Positions 55,260 to 64,000 of a stretch of 64,000 nt of DNA are shown here, in pieces. The position numbers were made by a program, and so were the translations under genes. Positions within the stretch are counted from its first letter, which is position 1, and the number at the start of each line of letters is the position of its first letter. The stretch lies in contig MU053594.1 of the NCBI GenBank assembly GCA_013239625.1, forward strand, positions 2,112,127-2,176,126, given 5' to 3'. The DNA is from Lama guanicoe. Its lineage: Eukaryota. Below the pieces are notes generated by a model that did not search any database, had not been told where the DNA came from, and worked only from the letters and a program-made list of their open reading frames with translations.

Positions 55260-55610
55260 GTGTGTAGAGGGTAATTATCCTTGTCGGCCTTGTTGAGATT
55301 CCTGGTCTTTAGAGCATAGGTAAGCGCCTCAGTTAAGTTTATTTCTAGGTATTTTGTTGTTTTTGATGTAATGGAAATGTTTATGTCAGTTATAAAATTC
55401 CAGTTTTTGAAGTGAAAAAAAAAGTGAATGAAGGGCCACAAATGGCAAAATATCCTTTCTTATGGGTGAGCTGTATTCCATTACACATACATGCTGCATC
55501 TTCTTTATCCATTCATCTATTGATGTGCACTTAGAATGCTTCCGTATCTTGGCAATTATAAAGAATGTTACTGTTAATAGCAAGGTGTATGTATCTTTTT
55601 GAATTAATTC
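55260..55610 (-). mobile_element. L1 ORF2 fragments
   Basis: Minus-strand ORFs carry L1 ORF2 motifs KYLEINLT and FIIAKIRKHSKCTSIDEWIKKM. Confidence 0.7.
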
Positions 55611-57729
55611 TTATTTTGTGGTTGGCTTTATCCCTTTGATAACTATGTAAGTTTAACAAGCTAAAGCTCTAAATGTTCTTAGAAACAATGAACAGTACGT
55701 ACATGTACATTTTAAAAAATATGTGCAGTATATTGTGTATATGTACCTACATGCAATATGTTGTATATGTGCAGTCCAAGGGTAACAGTTCTACCTAATA
55801 AAACTGAAAACTGAAAAAAAAAAGATTCCTGGTCTTTATTCCAAAAACAATGGAAGCCTCTGAAAAGTTTTAACAGTTTTAATTGGATTTTTGTTTTAAA
55901 AAAGTGGCTTACTTTGCACCTCTTGTAAGAAATCCCAAAGGAAAAATTTATTCTAGAATTTATTACCAAGAAAAGTTGTGCTTTCTTTGAAGAATAGGTA
56001 CCTTTCTTCCTCTTAGACAAAATTCTGTAAGTGACTATGTCTTCTTTTCATTCTGACAGCCAGGATGCTCAGAGCCACATCTGAAGCTCTTGGGCCCTTA
56101 ACTGCCTGCATCTCTGTGTTCCCTTCCCCCACCTCCTATGGTTGATTTCTACTCTGATATGTATTTTCTGACTCAGTTCTTTATTCTTATTTATATTTTA
56201 GATTGTTTTTGTATTGTTCTCTTTTAAAGCTACTTCAGCCTTTTATGGAATGATGCACTCTAATTAACCAAACAGAAATAAAGGGCATAAACACCACAGC
56301 CTCACGATGCATGAATCATGCCCTGTAGACGTATTCCCAGCAAGCCACCAAACTCTGTCTTTTGGCCTAAACCTAGCTGGATGAAGCAAGAAAACCAGAT
56401 GGCACAAGAAACCTCTCTCTCTGCAGAGAAGGAGCAGACGAGGAGAGGGCAAAGAACTCAGGCAGTTCCCGAATTAGCAGGGCACACTTAGGGCCATCAG
56501 TGCCAGGGGCAGAAGACAGCTTGAAAGTCACAAGCTGCTGGGAAGTTCTGTATGGACTCAAGGTTAAGAGTTTTTATTTTCTGTATATGAATTTTTTTTC
56601 CTGAAAGCACTTCACCCCGCTTGTAACCTCCAGTTGCTCCACTGTTCTGTTTCTCAGCTCATGTGGCCCCTTTGTTGCTTCACTTCTCTCCCTCCTGAAC
56701 TTGGAGCCCACGGTCAGCCTCTTCAACTCTGACCTCTCTGGCCACCGCAGCTCCTACACGCACTGGTCCTTCCACCACTCCGATCCCCACTCTGGGTCAT
56801 TTATATTGTCTGCTGCTTCTCTTCCTGGTTGGGAAGCACTGCTGACTGTGAGTCTACCGTGAACTCCCACGCTGCTAATGATCGATGCTTTTATTCCTCC
56901 CTCGACTGTCATATGAACACCACCAGCTGCTCTTAACCTTTCCCCATCCTGCAGTGTCTAATGTATTGCTCTTTTCCCTGACGGCTCATCTGCCACATTA
57001 CAGAGTGAATTCAGTCTGTTCTAGATTAAACTCATCTTCCTTTTATTTCACCCAGAGTGCCTGGGTGGCCTAGCCCTCAGTACCAGCTCTAAGTCCCACT
57101 GGGCTGCACCGGGGCACGAGGCCTCCTCAGGGCAGGACGAATCCCTCTCCGCTAATCCAGCACTCCCTCTGTGCCCCTGATCACTGGTCTGCCTTGTTTC
57201 ACCAACTTCCCTTCTTTCCTGACTACATTCTTTTCTTTTCTAGCTTCTTCAAACACCAAGCCCAGCACCACAAACAAAACCACGACACAATGCTGAACTC
57301 TATACAGCCCAGTAAAAAGTCTTCCTATCCTAAAAATTTCAAAATTGTTTTGTAAAACCTTTCTCCCCTTTCTCACCATCCATATGCCCATAACTTCCTG
57401 AAATTTAGTTTTATCTCCCCATTTATTGAGAAGCACTGTCTTCTAAGCACTGGTGATCCCTTAATTACCAAACACATCCCTCTTCATTCCAAACTCTCTC
57501 CCCTTTGCCTAATCAGGACAGAAGCTGTCCTTACTTCCCAAGGTGCGTGCCTGCTTCACCAATTCCACTTTATTCACCTGCCTTGTCAACGAAGGCATCA
57601 TCAAAGCTCACCTTCAGCTGCCTTCCCTCTGAGACTTTGTTATTAATCACAGCTACACTCATCACTTCTACGTAGCTAATTCTCAAGTCTATACCTAGAC
57701 TACTAAACTCCCCTTTTTTGAGAGAAAAG

Positions 57730-58102
57730 GAGTTACGGAGGTATAGTTTATATATCATAAAATGCAAATTCACAGATGCCTTCCGGTAACTGTATGTGCA
57801 CTCTGCCTCACCACCACTCAAAACGAAAACAAGAATTTCCATCACTCAGGATAGCTCCCTCTTACGCCTTTCCAGTCAATTCTCCCCTCTCCCTAGAAAG
57901 AGTGAAAAGAGACAATCACATTCCTTTTTATTGTTGTCATCTTCCAAGGTATGACTATACTGCAATTTGCTTTGGATACATTTTCCCATTGATGGACATT
58001 TGGGTTGCTCCTGCTTCTGAAAAAAGTTGCTATGAATATTCTTGCACAAGTCATTTTATGAACATTGGTTTTTATTTTCTTGAGGAACAGAATTGCTTGG
58101 TA

Positions 58103-58142
<40 letters not shown>

Positions 58143-58460
58143 TTAATTTTGTAAAAAACTGAAAAATAGTTCTCCCAAGTGGTTGTACCATGTTACACTC
58201 CCACTGGCGACAAATGAGAACACGAGCTGTTTTACATCCTCACCCGTGTTTAGAATAATCTGTCTTTTAAATTTTAACCATTCTTGTTGATAATCTTATC
58301 TCACTGCAGCTTTTAACTTGCATTTCTCTGATGACTGATACTGTTGAGCAATTTTTCACGTGCTTTATTGGTCATTTATAGATCCTTCTTCTGTGAAGCG
58401 TCTGGTTCCAGTCTTCTGCCCGTTGTTAAGTGGGGTTGTCTTTTTACTGGTGAATTTAAG
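57730..58460 (-). mobile_element. Old L1 3' fragment (L1ME-like) containing an (AC)n tract
   Basis: TGATGGACATTTGGGTTG...GCTATGAATATTCTTG...CCAAGTGGTTGTACCA..TTACACTCCCAC. Confidence 0.75.
58107..58137. repeat. (AC)15 microsatellite
   Basis: Direct read. Confidence 0.95.
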
Positions 58461-58699
58461 TTCTCTTTTGAATGTCATTTGCTTCTATTCTTCAGCTGCC
58501 AACAGCTCACATCAATCTACATGTCCTGATGTTATCTCCGACAGCACGTTTAAAATCTAATGTGTAATTTTTTCGCTGGAAACCAGACCTCTCTCCTGCT
58601 GTCAACCACATGACAAATATTCTTCAATGACATTTGCTTTAATTCCTAACTCTTGATAACTTTTCCTCTTGACAGTCAATAAGAACTCTTGAGACCTAG

Positions 58700-58910
58700 T
58701 AGAATATGATTATTAACTGACAGGCTCTGGAATCGCATGGTTCAAATTCAAACTCTTCCACCTACTTGCTGTGTGATTTTGGACAAATTACTGAATCTTT
58801 CAGTGCCTATCTTACAAGGTTTCTGGGAAGTTTAGACAAATAAATGATGCAAAGTACTTAAAACAGTACCCAACAGAAAGGGAGTGCCCAATAAATGTTA
58901 CTTGTTATTT
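58700..58910 (+). mobile_element. MIR
   Basis: GGCTCTGGAATC...GCTGTGTGATTTTGGACAAATTACT...CAATAAATGTTACTTGTTATT. Confidence 0.7.
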
Positions 58911-59482
58911 TTAAAACTGGAAATGCCTTTTGCCTAAATTCTTTTCTTATGAATCTGACAACTAACATCTGAAACTAGGCATTCAGCCTCCTACCTGTAG
59001 GCAATAAAAATATTCCCACACATCCCTGCTGGATGTATCTTCCTAAAAAGGTCCTTAACACACATCATCACTTTTTGGCTCATCGGTATCTTTTGACTCA
59101 CAGATGCCCACTCTAACGAGTCAGCCTAACCCTTTATTCAAATACTCAAGATCTCCCACAAACGGTCCTGCACACCTAACACACGCCTCTTACACCCAGG
59201 AGCAGGGAAAAAATTCAAAAGGTATTCAGAAGATGATGCCTTAAAAAGAATAAGCCAGGAGCTTCCATATAAGCATATTACTGAAGGAAATGGAGGTACA
59301 TCTAAACTAATCAGATGAAAGAAGAGAAAGGGAGACAGGGGAGGGGAGGAGGGTGGGAAACTGGTATGTTTTGTAACAAACCTTGCAGAATGACCTAACT
59401 TCTTATCCTGGTACATGCTTAACTTTTATATATTAAAAAAAAAAACCAACAATAAAAACTTGTAAGATAGAAAGATACAGAT

Positions 59483-59572
59483 GAAAGAAAGAAAGAGAGG
59501 AGGGAAGAGGGGAAGGAAGGAAGAAAGAGGGGGAGGGAGGAAGGAAGGAAGAGGGGGAGAGAGGAAGGAAGA
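59483..59572. repeat. Polypurine (GA-rich) low-complexity tract
   Basis: About 90 nt of G and A only (GAAA/GGAA/GGAG units). Confidence 0.9.
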
Positions 59573-60540
59573 CAGACTGAGTATTAACTGAGGCAACTGG
59601 GTGGTCTGTTCCCCGGGACAACGTGTAGACCTGTGCAAGGACTAGCTGGGCACACTCATTTACTCAGTGCAGTTACTTTACTCGCAGATCGAAGAGTTTG
59701 AATTTTATCCACTAAGCAATAGGAAGGTTTAAGTGAAGGTTACTGAACACGGTAGTAACCTACTAGAAATAATAACCGAGGAAGATTAAGCAGGAAATGT
59801 ATCCGAAATGTACTTGCCCAGAAAAGAAACGGGGGCAGTAGAACATGAGGTCGTTGCTAATTGAGACACGAGGTGATAAAAGGCTGGATACGGGTGGTGA
59901 CTGTGGGAACAGAAGGGCTTAATTTCACGTCCTTCGTCAAGAATACAGCGCACGATGTGCTGACCACATAAACACAAACTTAAAGGAATGAAAAAATACA
60001 TAAGGAACAAAATGCCCTCTAGCACAGAGGAGGTACTAAAGGAATACTTGCTAAGTAAAGAGTAATTCCTAAGTTATAAACACCAATGAGAAATCTTTAC
60101 AGTTCTTAATACATTAGTTGAATGTTGTGGTTCTGTTTCGTCTAAGTCTCCAACTGAATGAAAGCATTTCTGCCTCAGAATTCACTTAAAACGTTACACG
60201 TATTTTTCACCATTTGATTAACGTTCCACAAAGTGCACCTTCTCACTTCTATTTCACTGTCCTTGTGAGCTCCATGCCAGAGGTTTCTGGCTGCCAGAAT
60301 GTTCTTTGCTTGTACCTACCTGAATCTCCAGCTTACTCTGTCTTATCTTCCTTATTTATTCTAGCTTTTTTGCATTAAAATTAAACTTTACACATTCTAA
60401 AAATCCCCAAATTATACTTCAATTTATATAAAACAATGTGATCCAAACTTTTATCATCAAAGGTCTTAGCAAGAAGGAGCAATTTAGAGTACTCCATTTT
60501 CATAGACATGACATCTAACATGTGACAGCTATTTCTAGTG

Positions 60541-60680
60541 GGGGGAGGGTATAGCTCCATGGTAGAGCACATGCTTAGCACGCATGAGGTCCTGGGTTCA
60601 ATTCCCCAGTACTTCCGTCCAATAAACAGATAAATAAACCTAATTACCTCCCCCTCAAAAAAAAATAAAGATAATATGTA
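60541..60680 (+). mobile_element. tRNA-Ala-derived SINE (vic-1-like)
   Basis: A and B boxes plus tail. 16-bp TSD ACA[G/C]CTATTTCTAGTG at 60525-60540 and 60681-60696. Confidence 0.93.
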
Positions 60681-60769
60681 ACACCTATTTCTAGTGTACT
60701 CATAAAACTACAGCCTGAAGTTCTTAAAAATATTCCAATGAACAAAGATTTAAAAATCCTTCCCTTGAC

Positions 60770-62010
60770 CCCATTCCTCGTCTCAACTAACCTCCCACTT
60801 CTCTTCTCCCTTTTTGAAAAAGAAATCCTTTTAAGAGTTGTCTATTTGATGCTATCCATTTTTCTTCTCTCATTTTTTATTAAAACTCCTCAGTGTAGCT
60901 TTGGTCCACTTACTGCACCAAAAGTGCTCTTACCAACTGCCAAATACAATGGCCAGTTATCATCCTTCATCTTTCTTGATCTATCAGCAGCATCTGACAC
61001 AGATGTTCACTCTATCCTCCTGCGGACACTTTCTTCCCCTGGTTTCCAGGAAACTGCATTCTCTTGGTCTTCTCTGTCTTCTTTGCTGGTTCTTCCTCTT
61101 TTCCCAAGCTTTTAATGGCTCAGGGATCAGACATTGGTCTCTTCCCTAATCATACTCGCTACTTAGGTGGTCTCCACCTGTCAAGAAATCCGACTGATTC
61201 TACTCATTCAAAACATACTGTGACCACTTAGCACCATGTGCACTACGGCTACCCTGGTCTGAGTCATCATCATCTCTCACTTGGACTCCTGCAACAGCCT
61301 CCTCGCCTCCCGTTTCCACCCTTGCCCACTATACTCTATTCTCAACATAGCTGCCAGAGTGACATTTTTAAAATGTTAAATTAGATGCAATCACTTATTT
61401 GCTCAAACCCCTCCCCAACGGTTCTTTAATTGTATGCAAGGTAAGAGCCAATATCCTTATAATGGTCTACAAGTCTGCCCTACTCCTGGCTCCCATTTAC
61501 CTTTCTGATCTCATCTCTTATTATTCTTCCTCCTTGCTCACTCTTGCTTTTCCCTCTTGCTTGCTTCTCTCCAGCTACACTGGCCTCCCTGCTATTCCTT
61601 GAACACACCAAGCACACTGCTGCCTCAGGACCTTTGCACTTACTCTTCCCTTTCCTTGAATCACCCTCTTCCCCCCATACCTATATGGCTGTGCTTTCCA
61701 GTCTTTGCTCAACTATCAATGAGGCTTGATCCTCTACCTAATACTGCAATCAACCACCCCACTTCACATGCCCCCTTCCTTGCTTTCTCATTCCCGCAGC
61801 ACTTAACACCATCTACTGTACTATGCAATTTACTTATTTTGCTTGCTGTCTCTCTCCCCACACTAAAATGGGAGGTTCGTGAGAACAGAAATTTTCATGT
61901 TTTCTTTGCTGTGATGGTCTTCCCACAGAGAACAGCGTGTGGCATACAGTTGGTTTTCAATAAAGATTTCTTGAAAGACTGATGCCCTAACTAAATGAAT
62001 GAGTGAATAT
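60770..62010 (+). mobile_element. Long L2 3' fragment
   Basis: CTTGATCTATCAGCAGCATCTGACACAG (ORF motif FLDLSAASDT, as in L2 reverse transcriptase LDLSAAFDT)...CTCAGGACCTTTGCAC...TCAATAAA...TGAATGAGTGAAT. Confidence 0.8.
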
Positions 62011-62290
62011 AAGACAGTATAGGAAAGAAAGAGAAAGGAAAAGAACAAAAAGAAAGAAGAAAGGAAAAGAAAGGAAAGGGAAGACAAGGGAAAAAAGAAA
62101 CTTGCCCAAAGCAATGCAACAACTAATATGGTACAGCCAGCACTGTAAACCTCGTTGGCTTCAAAGCCCACACCATTCTATTATAGCATCAGCTAAGAAG
62201 ATCCTAATTGAAACAAATAGCTTAAGAATTTAAATAAGCTTAAAAAGCAGCAGAATAAAAAAGAAGTAAGTAAAAGAGGCAAGCTATGAA

Positions 62291-62389
62291 CACATAAAGA
62301 AGTTTATACTGTATAGTACAGGGAAATATATACAGGAGAAACTGACACAACAATGTAAACTATGACTCAGTAACGTTAAAAAAAAAGCA
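62291..62389 (+). mobile_element. Very short, internally deleted L1 3'-end insertion
   Basis: TATACTGTATAGTACAGGGAAATATA joined to GAAACTGACACAACAATGTAAACT and an A tail. 12-bp TSD GCAAGCTATGAA at 62279-62290 and 62390-62401. Confidence 0.7.
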
Positions 62390-62538
62390 GCAAGCTATGA
62401 AATACAATTAGGAAATGATTCAACCTAGAACTATTTACTTAGAATACAACTGTAAATAACACATTTTTTAAACTACAGAAATATATATAATTCTTTCTTT
62501 TACAATTACTAAAATTAAAGATAATTTTGAGAGGATCA

Positions 62539-64000
62539 GACTTCTGCTTTCCACCAAGATGGAGTACCAGGGACCAGATTTACCCTCTTGCCCAAAACAA
62601 CTCCCTACTTCAACAAATAAACAAAAAACAGACAAAAACATATGAGGCACTGATTTATAAGACATTGAACATCAGGAGAAGAAGGAAGGTGATCTCTGAG
62701 AGACAGAGAATAAAGGAAGTGAGACCCATGAATGCCCTCAACTAATGTCTTGAGAGAATGTCTAAGTCACAACATGGGGAGGGGAAACCTGGGCAGAACA
62801 CAGCAAAGTCCTTGAGTTGAGGAGACAGAGCTGAGAGTCTTGAAAGAGAACAAGGCAGATAGAGGTCACAAAACAAAGTATCAGAGAAGAGAGAGCTACA
62901 CATAGGGAGAACCCCAAGGATCTGTAAGGGGTGCCCACTGAGTATTCAGGAGAGGGTTGATGGGCACGCGTGTGTGAGAAAACTACCCAAGGCCAAAGAA
63001 AGAACCGTCTCAGAGGATTAGAGAGAACAGTGCCGTGTACAAGGAGCAGTGCTGGTTCCTACTGGCCAGGCTAAACCCCCTCCCCGGTAATTCCTGGGGC
63101 ATGGGATAAAGTATTCTGAAGTGGGAAAATCATTGGACTTGAGACTGAGTACTGCTCTAATTATAAAAGGAAGACTCAGATGGAGCAAACTGTTTCCAAG
63201 TAACTTGACTGCATCCCAGAACAAAGCTCAAGACAAGTTATAGGAATACAAAATATGTGGTAACCAGTAAGGTTAAACTGACAACGTCTGGCTTCCAGTC
63301 AAAGACTACCAGGCACGTGAAGAAGCAGGAAAATATAACCAAAAGTGAGGAGAAACATAAACCATTTAAAATTAATCTGATGGATATGCCGGAATTAGAC
63401 ACGGGCATGAAAAGTTATTAAAAGCGTACTCCAAGTGTTCAAAAAGCTAACTGAAGACATGGAAGATTTTTTTTTTTTTTAAAAAGACCCTAGGCAAGTT
63501 TATAAGAGCTGAAAACTACAAAGTCTGAGATGAAAAACACACTAGATGAGATTAATGGCAGATTAGATATTGCAGAAGGAAGAATAGTGAATTTGAAGGC
63601 ATAAAAATAGCAACTATCCAAAATTAAATACAGAAAGAAAGAAGAATTTTTAAAATTGGAAGGAGTGAACAGTGAGACAATCTCAAACAGCCTAACATAT
63701 GTGTAAGTGGAGTCTCTGCAGAAGAGGCCAGCAAAACTGGTTAAAAAAAATATTGTCTGAGAGGGAAGGGTTTAGCTCAGGGGTAGAGAGCACGTCTAGC
63801 ATGCAGGAGGTCCTGGGTTCAACTCCTAGTACCTTCATTTAAACTAAACAAATAAACCTAACTACTCCACTCCCCCCCCAAAAAAAATCCCCACAAAAAT
63901 AATTAATAAAAATATTGGCTGAAAATTGTCTGACTTTGGTGGAACTACACTCACAGATTTAAGAAGCTCAAAGCTCAATGAACACCAAACAAAAGAATCA
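62539..64000 (+). mobile_element. Old L1 5' end plus ORF1 relic (L1MD/ME-like), running off the window
   Basis: GACTTCTGCTTTCCACCAAGATGGAGTACCAGGGACCAGA (similar to 48707). ORF1-like GAGATTAATGGCAGATTAGATATTGCAGAAG...AGAAGCTCA..GAACACCAAAC. Confidence 0.75.
63761..63907 (+). mobile_element. tRNA-Ala-derived SINE (vic-1-like), inserted in an old L1 ORF1 relic
   Basis: A and B boxes plus tail. 15-bp TSD AAAAATATTG[T/G]CTGA at 63746-63760 and 63908-63922. Confidence 0.9.

Overview
This is mammalian genomic DNA, almost certainly camelid (alpaca, llama or camel), judged from seven tRNA-Ala-derived SINEs of the vic-1 type. The whole window lies inside the SIK2 gene (salt-inducible kinase 2) on the minus strand. 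Only one coding exon is present: 8732-8893, 162 bp, phase 1/1, encoding (D)[53 protein letters not shown](D), with the catalytic HRD loop; it corresponds to exon 4 by recalled human structure. Positions 8894-64000 are part of a very long upstream intron and 1-8731 are part of the downstream intron. Both are filled with MIR, L2, old and young L1, MLT1 and MER relics. Nearly all ORF-track entries are spurious or repeat-derived. I see no evidence of a new protein-coding system. The best leads are: (i) splice features around the in-frame catalytic exon that could favour skipping or circularisation, namely (UG)9 before the acceptor, a weak donor and flanking inverted SINEs; (ii) several perfect bZIP sites within about 9 kb of the exon (T-MARE, ARE, C/EBP, CRE, D-box); (iii) several odd retroposon structures. 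Repeat family names come from recalled consensus sequences, and their boundaries are approximate unless target-site duplications (TSDs) are given.
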